Part shown: piece by piece, positions 7,834 to 14,650 of the stretch | Layout: each line of letters opens with the position of its first letter | How positions within the stretch are numbered: position 1 is the stretch's first letter | Virus record (IMG/VR): IMGVR_UViG_3300017913_000211 | Coordinates: 1 to 24,489 of that record | Direction: 5' to 3' (one strand) | Source of the DNA: a virus | Lineage: Duplodnaviria > Caudoviricetes | Length of the DNA: 24,489 nucleotides | Made by a program: the position numbers and the translations under genes | The notes under the pieces: generated by a model | The model's database searches: none | What the model saw: only the letters and a program-made list of their open reading frames with translations | Told to the model about the DNA's origin: nothing

Positions 7834-8274
7834 ATGCCAAAAAAGAAGTTTAAAGATACTAAAGTAGGTCAGTTTATACTTAAGAAGCTACCTAACTTTG
7901 CTAAAGAAGTACTACCAAATGAGGGTGTTTTAGGCATCGTAAAGAACTTAATAGACGATGAGCCTACTCTGACTCCACAAGAAAAAGAAACGCTACATAA
8001 TGAACTTATAGAGCTTTATGAGATAGAAGTGGCAGATAGAGATAGTGCAAGAAACCGAGAGATAGAAGTAGCTAAAACTGGTAGCTTTGATCTTATGTTT
8101 AATCTAACTGGTTTAGTAGGTTTAGGAGCTTTCGCTTTTATAGTATACGCTATAGTTTATTTACAGATACCAGAAGATAATAAAGAGGTTTGGATACATT
8201 TGATAGGAATATGTGAGGGAATAGTCCTATCTATATTTGGTTACTTCTTTGGTAGTGCAGTAAGAAAAAATTAA
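7834..8274 (+). CDS. Putative holin (two C-terminal TM helices)
   Basis: EVADRDSARNRE motif, two TM segments and a GYFFGS end; follows the endolysin. Confidence 0.7.
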   Translation: MPKKKFKDTKVGQFILKKLPNFAKEVLPNEGVLGIVKNLIDDEPTLTPQEKETLHNELIELYEIEVADRDSARNREIEVAKTGSFDLMFNLTGLVGLGAFAFIVYAIVYLQIPEDNKEVWIHLIGICEGIVLSIFGYFFGSAVRKN

Positions 8275-8289
8275 ATTAGACTACATATG

Positions 8290-8404
8290 GATACTATATA
8301 GTATCAACTATATGGTACTATATAGATTCTACTATATAGTTAAATATATATAATTATCTATATAGAAGATACTATATAGTAGATACTATATGGTACTATA
8401 TAGT
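8290..8404. repeat. Array of eight ACTATATAGT-like palindromes (origin candidate)
   Basis: Copies at 8293, 8307, 8317, 8331, 8357, 8371, 8385 and 8395. A 36-bp direct repeat spans 8290-8325 and 8368-8403 with 3 mismatches. Confidence 0.85.
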
Positions 8405-8471
8405 AGTAATATAAACTAAACTTTTAAAAATCCTAATTTTTTTTTTTTTTTTATAAATATACTTTTGTCCT

Positions 8472-8870
8472 ATGCCTAAAAAGACTCCAAGAAAGAAGTT
8501 AATAAGTAAGTTAGATAATGTCTTTAGTCAGTATATAAGATTAAGGGAGTCTAAAAATGGTATAGTAGAATGCTTTACTTGTGGTAAGAAAGAGTACTGG
8601 AAAGGTAAAGGAATGCAGAACGGACACTTTATGTCCAGAAAGCACTTTAGTACGAGATGGGATGAGACTAACTGCCAAGTGCAGTGTGTAGGGTGTAATG
8701 TGTATGGTGCTGGTCAGCAGTTTATTTTTAGTAAAAACTTGGATCAAAAGTATGGAGAGGGAACTGCTGAAGCTATGCTACAACAAAGCAGACAGACAGT
8801 AAAGTATAGTAGTATAGAATTAGAAGAGAAAATAAAACACTATGAACATTTGGTTAAGAGTTTAATATAG
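8472..8870 (+). CDS. ninG: NinG/Rap-like recombination endonuclease
   Basis: LDNVFSQYIRLR, CFTCG, NGHFMSR, TRWDETNCQVQCVGCN. Confidence 0.85.
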   Translation: MPKKTPRKKLISKLDNVFSQYIRLRESKNGIVECFTCGKKEYWKGKGMQNGHFMSRKHFSTRWDETNCQVQCVGCNVYGAGQQFIFSKNLDQKYGEGTAEAMLQQSRQTVKYSSIELEEKIKHYEHLVKSLI

Positions 8871-8880
8871 GTTAATTTTG
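8849..8880 (+). promoter_or_regulatory. Bacteroidota consensus promoter driving the putative sRNA
   Basis: TTTG (8849-8852)-N20-TAATTTTG (8873-8880). Confidence 0.7.
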
Positions 8881-8883
8881 CTT

Positions 8884-8947
8884 AAACTTGCTTCAAGTTT
8901 GTTATCATTGTTCAGAAGAGAGTGTCCTAACGGATGCTCTTTTTTTT
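8884..8947 (+). ncRNA. Putative antisense small RNA (5' hairpin, 13-14 nt seed, terminator)
   Basis: Hairpin AAACTTG-CTT-CAAGTTT, unpaired GTTATCATTGTTCA, then terminator GAGTGTCC-TAAC-GGATGCTC-T8. No ORF inside. Confidence 0.6.
8914..8947 (+). terminator. Rho-independent terminator
   Basis: GAGTGTCC (8920-8927) / GGATGCTC (8932-8939) plus T tract. Confidence 0.85.
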
Positions 8948-8986
8948 GTTACTATTTTGTTAATTAAATAATTTTGTGTAGTTTTG
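8945..8986 (+). promoter_or_regulatory. Two overlapping consensus early promoters
   Basis: TTTG (8945)-N20-TAATTTTG (8969) and TTTG (8956)-N19-TAGTTTTG (8979). Confidence 0.7.
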
Positions 8987-9009
8987 AAGTGAATTAATGA
9001 TAACACAAT

Positions 9010-9216
9010 ATGAATTTACTACAAAGACTCAAGCCAGAGTACCAAAAAAGGCTACGACAAAAATCAGACGATCATCCTCAATTAGTATCTGAACTTATAG
9101 AAGTTTTAGAGACAGAGAAGTATGTTGGTAATTTAAGATACAATATAATTATTGACTTACAAGTTTTACTAAATAGTCCTACTCTTAACGCTTATACTTT
9201 TTTTGATGATATATAG
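9010..9216 (+). CDS. Hypothetical early protein
   Basis: 68 aa, first gene after the promoter pair; N-terminus MNLLQRLKPEY. Confidence 0.7.
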   Translation: MNLLQRLKPEYQKRLRQKSDDHPQLVSELIEVLETEKYVGNLRYNIIIDLQVLLNSPTLNAYTFFDDI

Positions 9217-9346
9217 TGCAGACATAAAAAGGATATCGAATAGTAGTTTAGTAGATTACCTTAACGTAAGAATTGAAGCTCTTGAAAGACGAGTAGAAGA
9301 GTTAGAGATAAAGTTAGAATTAGAAAAAAATAAACCTATATATTAA
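9206..9346 (+). CDS. 46-aa coiled-coil protein (not in the ORF track)
   Basis: MIYSADIKRISNSSLVDYLNVRIEALERRVEELEIKLELEKNKPIY*. Confidence 0.65.
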   Translation: MIYSADIKRISNSSLVDYLNVRIEALERRVEELEIKLELEKNKPIY

Positions 9347-9362
9347 CCTTTAATTAAATCAA

Positions 9363-9734
9363 ATGAAAAACGGTAGAATTAAGTACATTGACACTAACGG
9401 TCAGTGGAACGGTATGAACAAGTACCGAGTTACTTTTGCAGATGGAGAGGCTTACACCTTTTTTGCAAAGGGAGACTTTAAAGCATCTGTAGGGGACACT
9501 ATTAATTACACAGTGTCTAATGAGCAGATGAAAAATGCAAAGCTGGTTAGAGATAACTATGCTAACAAAAGCTATGGGGGTAGCAGACCTACTCCTAAAG
9601 ATGACGTGCAGAACTCTATTATTAAACAGACTTGTATAAAGGCTTCATCAGAGCTTCACGCATCGAGAGGTACAAGTGATGTACAAAGCGTAATAGAAGA
9701 TGCAGAAATAATGTTTAACTGGATAACACAATAA
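9363..9734 (+). CDS. Hypothetical replication/recombination protein (possible OB-fold)
   Basis: 123 aa: beta-rich N-terminus, linker, helical SIIKQTCIKA C-terminus. Lies next to the SSB-like gene. Confidence 0.5.
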   Translation: MKNGRIKYIDTNGQWNGMNKYRVTFADGEAYTFFAKGDFKASVGDTINYTVSNEQMKNAKLVRDNYANKSYGGSRPTPKDDVQNSIIKQTCIKASSELHASRGTSDVQSVIEDAEIMFNWITQ

Positions 9735-9736
9735 TT

Positions 9737-10018
9737 ATGAATAACAATATCGAATTTTTAAACTTCCTATACCCCAAGACTTCTAAATTAGATTTTATAG
9801 TAGCTAACGTATCTTTCAATGCAGAACAATTTGCAGAGTGGATACAGAAAAACAAAGAGAAAGCAGAAGCTAATAAAGGCTACTTACAATTTGACATATT
9901 GAGAAGTGGTAAAGACCCTAACAAATTTTATGCACGAGTATATGACTCTCCTAAAAAAGAAGCAGTTAGTACTAAAGAGCATATGCCAGACAGAGAAACT
10001 TCAGATTTGCCTTTCTAA
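9737..10018 (+). CDS. SSB-like protein
   Basis: 93 aa ending in an acidic SDLPF tail; upstream of the helicase. Confidence 0.6.
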   Translation: MNNNIEFLNFLYPKTSKLDFIVANVSFNAEQFAEWIQKNKEKAEANKGYLQFDILRSGKDPNKFYARVYDSPKKEAVSTKEHMPDRETSDLPF

Positions 10019-10036
10019 TTTTTAATTTGTTAATTT

Positions 10037-10066
10037 GGCTACTCGTAACTGGGTAGCCTTTTTTTT
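10037..10066 (+). terminator. Rho-independent terminator ending 5 nt before the helicase ATG
   Basis: GGCTACTC-GTAACT-GGGTAGCC-T8. Confidence 0.85.
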
Positions 10067-10071
10067 GAACT

Positions 10072-10998
10072 ATGATAATAAATTACAACCAACACATTGA
10101 GAAGTTAAGACAGATAAGAAATGGTAGCATAAAGGAGGGACTAAAATTAGACATACCTAATATAGATGACTACATAAGATTTAAGGATAATGCTTTTAAC
10201 GTTATATTAGGTCAAGCTAATGTAGGTAAGACTTCAGCAGTACTATTTTTAATGTTATGCTACACACTTAAACACAAAAAGAGGTGGCTAATATTCTCCA
10301 GCGAAAACCAGCCTCACAGTATCATAAGAAAATTAGTAGAGTACTTGGCTCGTAAACCACTAAACTTAATAGAGGAGGAGGAGTTTATAAAGCTAACTGA
10401 CTACATAGATAATTACTTTAAGATTATAGATACTGACAAGCTCTACACTTACAGAGACTTATTAGAATTAGGCATACAGTATAAAAATGCGTGGAACTAT
10501 GATGGGTTTATGATAGACCCTTATAACTCACTGGCAAAGGATGAGAAGCTTATGAAGAGTTTAGGAGGACACGAGTACGACTATCAAGCTACTACAGAGT
10601 TTAGACTCTTTTGTAAAAACAATAACATAACTATATGGCTTAATGTACACGCTAATACTGGTGCTATTCGTATGCTACATAGAATGGATCACGAGTACGC
10701 TGGATACCCTATACCACCAATGGCATCTGACGTTGAGGGAGGTGGTAAGTTTGTAAATAGAGCTGATGATTTTTGGGTAGTACATAGATACGTACAACAC
10801 CACTCTGACTGGATGTATACTCACATACACGTTAGAAAGGTAAAGGAAGTAGAGACTGGTGGAAAGCCTACAAGTTTAGACGAGCCGATACGTTTAAAGT
10901 CTATAATTAATAATGTAGGGTTTGAGATAAACGGACAACCTATAGTTAGGATGATAAGTGAGGACGTAAAGGCTACTAATTTTTTAAAAAGCGTATGA
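10072..10998 (+). CDS. SF4 (DnaB/T7 gp4-like) replicative helicase, no primase domain
   Basis: Walker A GQANVGKT, SSEN, Walker B IDPYN, VHAN and GGGKFVNRAD. Confidence 0.85.
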   Translation: MIINYNQHIEKLRQIRNGSIKEGLKLDIPNIDDYIRFKDNAFNVILGQANVGKTSAVLFLMLCYTLKHKKRWLIFSSENQPHSIIRKLVEYLARKPLNLIEEEEFIKLTDYIDNYFKIIDTDKLYTYRDLLELGIQYKNAWNYDGFMIDPYNSLAKDEKLMKSLGGHEYDYQATTEFRLFCKNNNITIWLNVHANTGAIRMLHRMDHEYAGYPIPPMASDVEGGGKFVNRADDFWVVHRYVQHHSDWMYTHIHVRKVKEVETGGKPTSLDEPIRLKSIINNVGFEINGQPIVRMISEDVKATNFLKSV

Positions 10999-11480
10999 TA
11001 GAAATAGATATTACTCCAGACCATATAGCAGAAGCTAAAGATTTGTATAACTTTAAGATACTTAAAAACAGTGTAACTCAAGGGGATGGTAATAAGGCTG
11101 GAGCTTTAGGAGAGGTTATAGTGAGACAGTATTATAATGCTATACAAAAAAACACTTACGACTACGACCTTATAATAGATGGTATAACAATAGATGTAAA
11201 AACAAAAAGGCATAGTGCTAAACTAACTCCCACTCCTTTATGGACTGCAAGTGTATTAGACTTTAACACTACCCAAAAATGTGAGTACTACTGTTTTGTA
11301 GGTATGGCAGATGACTACAAGAAAGCCTACATATATGGTTTTATAACTAAAGATAATTTTTATAAGACTGCTACTTTTAGAAAAAAAGGGGAGCTTGATC
11401 CATACGGAACTAAAAAGTTTTACTTTAGAGCAGACTGTTATACTATGAGAGTATCGGAGCTTGATGCCTATGTTAGTTAA
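10995..11480 (+). CDS. Putative PD-(D/E)XK-like nuclease
   Basis: GALGE...YDYDLIIDGITIDVKTK catalytic-like arrangement. Confidence 0.55.
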   Translation: MIEIDITPDHIAEAKDLYNFKILKNSVTQGDGNKAGALGEVIVRQYYNAIQKNTYDYDLIIDGITIDVKTKRHSAKLTPTPLWTASVLDFNTTQKCEYYCFVGMADDYKKAYIYGFITKDNFYKTATFRKKGELDPYGTKKFYFRADCYTMRVSELDAYVS

Positions 11481-11524
11481 AAAAATATTAAAAAAATATT
11501 GTAACTTTAAGAAAAAATTAAGTT

Positions 11525-11740
11525 ATGATATTATATGGCATAGTAGGTTTTATTATTCTACTGATATTTTTAATAGCTCTTACTGATAAGTATAACCCAG
11601 CTTTACAATTCCATATTATTACTGGGTTTGGTTTTTTGTTTCTATATGACGAGACAGAGACAGAGGATGGCTTACAAGTAATATATCAGCTTATGTTAGG
11701 TATAGTACTAATTTCAATATCCTATACCAGAAATGATTGA
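11525..11740 (+). CDS. Small membrane protein
   Basis: 71 aa with 2-3 hydrophobic segments; overlaps the start of the sigma gene. Confidence 0.6.
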   Translation: MILYGIVGFIILLIFLIALTDKYNPALQFHIITGFGFLFLYDETETEDGLQVIYQLMLGIVLISISYTRND

Positions 11741-12248
11741 GAAGTTACACAGATACGAGAAGCTTTGGCTTAAGTATATAACTGAATGTGGGTGTAACAT
11801 AGACACTGCAAAAGATATCTTACAAGAATTTTATATTAAAATGATGAACAAAGAGGACTACTCTTATGATGAGGATAGTCCTAATTTTTATGGGTGCTAT
11901 GTGGTATTAAGAAATATGGTGTTTGATTTAAAGCGTAAAGAAAAAAAGATACAGTTTGTAGAATTAGACTACTTAATAGAAGCAGAAGACGAGGGGTATA
12001 CAGAGGATGACTTTGATCTGAAAGTTAAAGCTATATCTAAATGGCTTGAGCATAACTCTATAGACTTCACTAAAGAATACATAGAATACAATAGAGACAT
12101 ACTCACAAAGGTATGGTATAAAGAGATTTATCAAGCTATATTTGAGAGTGGTATAAGTATGCTACAATTCTCAAAGGACACTGGTATAAGCTATGATACA
12201 GTGAGAGTAGCAGTAAGAGACATTAAAGAACAAATAAAAAACCAATGA
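11733..12248 (+). CDS. ECF-like RNA polymerase sigma factor
   Basis: Region 2-like TAKDILQEFYIKM and VLRNMVFDLKRK; region 4 HTH SMLQFSKDTGISYDTVRVAVRDIKEQI. Confidence 0.75.
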   Translation: MIEKLHRYEKLWLKYITECGCNIDTAKDILQEFYIKMMNKEDYSYDEDSPNFYGCYVVLRNMVFDLKRKEKKIQFVELDYLIEAEDEGYTEDDFDLKVKAISKWLEHNSIDFTKEYIEYNRDILTKVWYKEIYQAIFESGISMLQFSKDTGISYDTVRVAVRDIKEQIKNQ

Positions 12249-12379
12249 AAGTAGGCACTATATTAGAAAGGATATTTAAAGCTACTGGTATACAGTGGAT
12301 AGTAAAAAAGATTTGGGGGGATGACTGTGGGTGTGAAGAGAGAAGAGATAAATTAGATAATTATTTTGATAGAAAATGA
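12245..12379 (+). CDS. 44-aa DCGC-motif protein (not in the ORF track)
   Basis: MKVGTILERIFKATGIQWIVKKIWGDDCGCEERRDKLDNYFDRK*. ATGA overlaps at both ends. Confidence 0.75.
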   Translation: MKVGTILERIFKATGIQWIVKKIWGDDCGCEERRDKLDNYFDRK

Positions 12380-12585
12380 ATTTAGAGCAGTACAATAACT
12401 GGGAGAAGTTTAGAGAGGCTAAAGGAGAGATAAAAGTAAAAGAGGTTAAAATGATAGCCAGATACTATGCAGACTTATTTAATGAGAAGTATAGTGTCCC
12501 TTGCACTTGTAACAAGCGTATATGGAAAGAGAGAATAGAAGCTCTTAACAAACACTTCTTAAGTATAGAGAAACCAACAGAATGA
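12376..12585 (+). CDS. 69-aa PCTC-motif protein
   Basis: Contains YADLFNEKYSVPCTC; coupled to both neighbours. Confidence 0.7.
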   Translation: MNLEQYNNWEKFREAKGEIKVKEVKMIARYYADLFNEKYSVPCTCNKRIWKERIEALNKHFLSIEKPTE

Positions 12586-13022
12586 ATATAGAGCAATTAG
12601 AGAAAGCTACAGTACACTTACTAAATTTAGATGGGTGGGACTTGGAATGGTGTGGGGATCGTAATACATACTATGATGCTTATGGATACACTCCAAAAGG
12701 TTTTAAGTGTGTTTTAGAGATGAAATTTAGAAATAAGTACTATGAGACCAAGATGCTCGAAAAAGCTAAATACGACAAGCTAAAGAGCTTTGAGGGGGTA
12801 AGTATCTATTTTGTAAACGATACTAAAGGTAATTATCTATACTGGCTTAATAGTTTAGAGATGCCTACTATAAAGACTATGGACTGTCCTAAAACTACAA
12901 TGTGGGACAAAAGCAAAATAAAAAAAGAAGTATATATGTTAAAAGAGTCAGATGCTTCTATCATAAATAGGTATGAGGAAGATAAGCCAAGAGTATGGGA
13001 TGAGTACTTTAAAAAGAAATAA
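12582..13022 (+). CDS. Putative PD-(D/E)XK nuclease/resolvase-like protein
   Basis: YDAYG...VLEMKFRNKYY...MLEKAKYD and CPKTT. Confidence 0.55.
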   Translation: MNIEQLEKATVHLLNLDGWDLEWCGDRNTYYDAYGYTPKGFKCVLEMKFRNKYYETKMLEKAKYDKLKSFEGVSIYFVNDTKGNYLYWLNSLEMPTIKTMDCPKTTMWDKSKIKKEVYMLKESDASIINRYEEDKPRVWDEYFKKK

Positions 13023-13033
13023 TTGTTAGTTAA

Positions 13034-13065
13034 TTTGGAAAGTTATTAACAATTTACTATATTGC
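13034..13065 (+). promoter_or_regulatory. Host-type early promoter
   Basis: TTTG (13034-13037)-N20-TATATTGC (13058-13065). An imperfect palindrome GTTATTAAC lies in the spacer. Confidence 0.6.
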
Positions 13066-13080
13066 ATCATATTAATTTAA

Positions 13081-13215
13081 AAAAAAGCAGTCGAAACCTC
13101 TTTTTAGGTTACGCTACCACGCTGAATTAGTAGTTAGATACGGATATGGATACTAATGAAAGTCAGAATGAATGATGAACAATAGGACTAATTAGACTTA
13201 CTAAACTGCTTTTTT
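13081..13215 (+). ncRNA. Putative structured leader RNA / ncRNA
   Basis: Closed by a perfect 11-bp stem AAAAAAGCAGT/ACTGCTTTTTT. Internal stems AACCT/AGGTT, ATTAGTA/TACTAAT and AGTC/GACT. Lies between a promoter and the first ORF. Confidence 0.55.
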
Positions 13216-13231
13216 ATTTAAAAATAAAACA

Positions 13232-13336
13232 ATGATAGAAGATTTAAAATGTGAAATGTGTAACAGTCTAATGTCTTTAGAGGAGTATGACTTCTGTGAT
13301 ATATGTCCAGACTGTAGAGACCAAATGGACTTATAA
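13232..13336 (+). CDS. 34-aa zinc-ribbon micro-protein (not in the ORF track)
   Basis: MIEDLKCEMCNSLMSLEEYDFCDICPDCRDQMDL* (CxxC...CxxCxxC); TAATG-coupled to the next gene. Confidence 0.75.
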   Translation: MIEDLKCEMCNSLMSLEEYDFCDICPDCRDQMDL

Positions 13337-13581
13337 TGAATATTTTAGACAAGCAACTATTTGAAGCTAATTTCACTGCAATAGCTGAACAGTTTATTAA
13401 GTGGAAAGAGGCAAAGCCAGAGAATAAAACTTTAGACTCTTTGGCTCAATGTCTTTATGAGATGTACTCTTATACTAACTCTTTACAGATTAGAGAGATG
13501 GTTTTAGAGAAGCAGATCAAAAAACTAAAAGATGATAACTTTAACTTAAGAACAAATGCAAACGGAAGTAAACCTTTATGA
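13336..13581 (+). CDS. Hypothetical protein
   Basis: 81 aa, helical/coiled-coil, within a coupled gene run. Confidence 0.7.
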   Translation: MNILDKQLFEANFTAIAEQFIKWKEAKPENKTLDSLAQCLYEMYSYTNSLQIREMVLEKQIKKLKDDNFNLRTNANGSKPL

Positions 13582-13768
13582 TATTCTACTATGGGTAGAG
13601 TATGACTTTAGAGATGGAGAAGAGCAAACCTATGATTATGTAGGCAGTCCTCCAACAGTAGATATTTACTCTATTTATGTAGGTGGGGTAGATATTATGG
13701 ATATTTTTAGTAATGACCAATTAGAGTATATAGAAACAAAAATTATAAATCAACACATAGAACAATGA
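13556..13768 (+). CDS. Hypothetical acidic protein
   Basis: 70 aa with a GEEQTYDYVGSPPTVDI motif. Confidence 0.7.
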   Translation: MQTEVNLYDILLWVEYDFRDGEEQTYDYVGSPPTVDIYSIYVGGVDIMDIFSNDQLEYIETKIINQHIEQ

Positions 13769-13902
13769 CACACAAAATTTTAGCAACTGGATTACACTGT
13801 ATTATTAATAGTAAAGGTAGGGTATATGTCTTTACAGAGGACGAGTATCAGCACCTTTCTTGGTGGCAAAGTGTACTAATGAAATATGATTTAAAGAAAT
13901 GA
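13765..13902 (+). CDS. 45-aa hypothetical protein (not in the ORF track)
   Basis: MTHKILATGLHCIINSKGRVYVFTEDEYQHLSWWQSVLMKYDLKK*. ATGA-coupled. Confidence 0.7.
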   Translation: MTHKILATGLHCIINSKGRVYVFTEDEYQHLSWWQSVLMKYDLKK

Positions 13903-13973
13903 TTATAGTAGGTTTATTAATTGCTCTGGGACTATTTTTTATAGTAGTGGAGCTTCAACAATTAAAGAAATGA
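13899..13973 (+). CDS. 24-aa single-TM peptide (not in the ORF track)
   Basis: MIIVGLLIALGLFFIVVELQQLKK*. ATGA overlaps at both ends. Confidence 0.65.
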   Translation: MIIVGLLIALGLFFIVVELQQLKK

Positions 13974-14140
13974 AATTTGATTTAAAAATTGAAGATTTAG
14001 GTAAAAGAGAAGCTAAAGGGGATACTGATAAGTATATGTATCACTTAACCTTTAAAACGTATAACGCTGAAATAAGTGGAAAGTTTGAGAGGAGTGAGAT
14101 AAGACATATGATAGAACAATTAGACAACGCTATTATATGA
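13970..14140 (+). CDS. 56-aa hypothetical protein (not in the ORF track)
   Basis: MKFDLKIEDLGKREAKGDTDKYMYHLTFKTYNAEISGKFERSEIRHMIEQLDNAII*. Confidence 0.7.
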   Translation: MKFDLKIEDLGKREAKGDTDKYMYHLTFKTYNAEISGKFERSEIRHMIEQLDNAII

Positions 14141-14286
14141 AGTCACTTTGGAGAAAGTCAAAGAGTGGTAGATGGTATAAGCTAAAACCAGCCACTGACA
14201 AAGTAAGATACATAGCTTGTGATGAAGCGAGTCAAACTAATTATTACAGTAGAACTAATAAAAAAAGTACTTACAAAGAACTATGA
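14137..14286 (+). CDS. 49-aa basic protein (not in the ORF track)
   Basis: MKSLWRKSKSGRWYKLKPATDKVRYIACDEASQTNYYSRTNKKSTYKEL*. ATGA-coupled. Confidence 0.65.
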   Translation: MKSLWRKSKSGRWYKLKPATDKVRYIACDEASQTNYYSRTNKKSTYKEL

Positions 14287-14504
14287 GAGCAACATATAAG
14301 CACTATGAGAATGGTAAGGGGTATGATGTTATAGACTTTATCAAAGACTACGACCTTAACTTTAATAGAGGTAATGCTATAAAGTATTTAGTTAGAGCTT
14401 CACACAAAGGATCAGAAGAGCAAGATTTAGAAAAAGCTATAGACTACATACAAAGAGAGCTGGAGTATATTAGAGAAACAAAACAAGATAACCCACCTTA
14501 CTAA
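14283..14504 (+). CDS. DUF3310 family protein
   Basis: HY....DVIDFI....LNFNRGNAIKYLVRA.HK....QDLEKAIDYI. Confidence 0.85.
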   Translation: MRATYKHYENGKGYDVIDFIKDYDLNFNRGNAIKYLVRASHKGSEEQDLEKAIDYIQRELEYIRETKQDNPPY

Positions 14505-14650
14505 TGAGAAAGAATAAAGTAAACCAAGTACAAAGGATAGCCAGACTTGAGAGACTGTTTACACAGATGTACCTTAAGATAGAGGCTTTTAAAGTAAGAT
14601 TAGAACAATTTGAAAATAAGAACAATGAAGATAAAACTACTGGACAATAG
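14504..14650 (+). CDS. 48-aa coiled-coil protein (not in the ORF track)
   Basis: MRKNKVNQVQRIARLERLFTQMYLKIEAFKVRLEQFENKNNEDKTTGQ*. TAATG-coupled. Confidence 0.65.
   Translation: MRKNKVNQVQRIARLERLFTQMYLKIEAFKVRLEQFENKNNEDKTTGQ

Noticed and set aside
11478-11509. Promoter upstream of the membrane protein and sigma genes
   Set aside because: It has only an imperfect -7 box (TAACTTTA) and no -33 TTTG. It is plausible but too weak to list as a feature.
13088-13120. c-di-GMP-I riboswitch-like AAACC...GG.ACGC
   Set aside because: The GNRA loop, GCAAAG junction and second stem/receptor are missing, so the similarity is too slight.
13122-13192. Hammerhead ribozyme (CTGA...stem...GAAA-GTC...GAC-TA)
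   Set aside because: The core lacks the G8/A9 of CUGANGA and no stem I can be formed.
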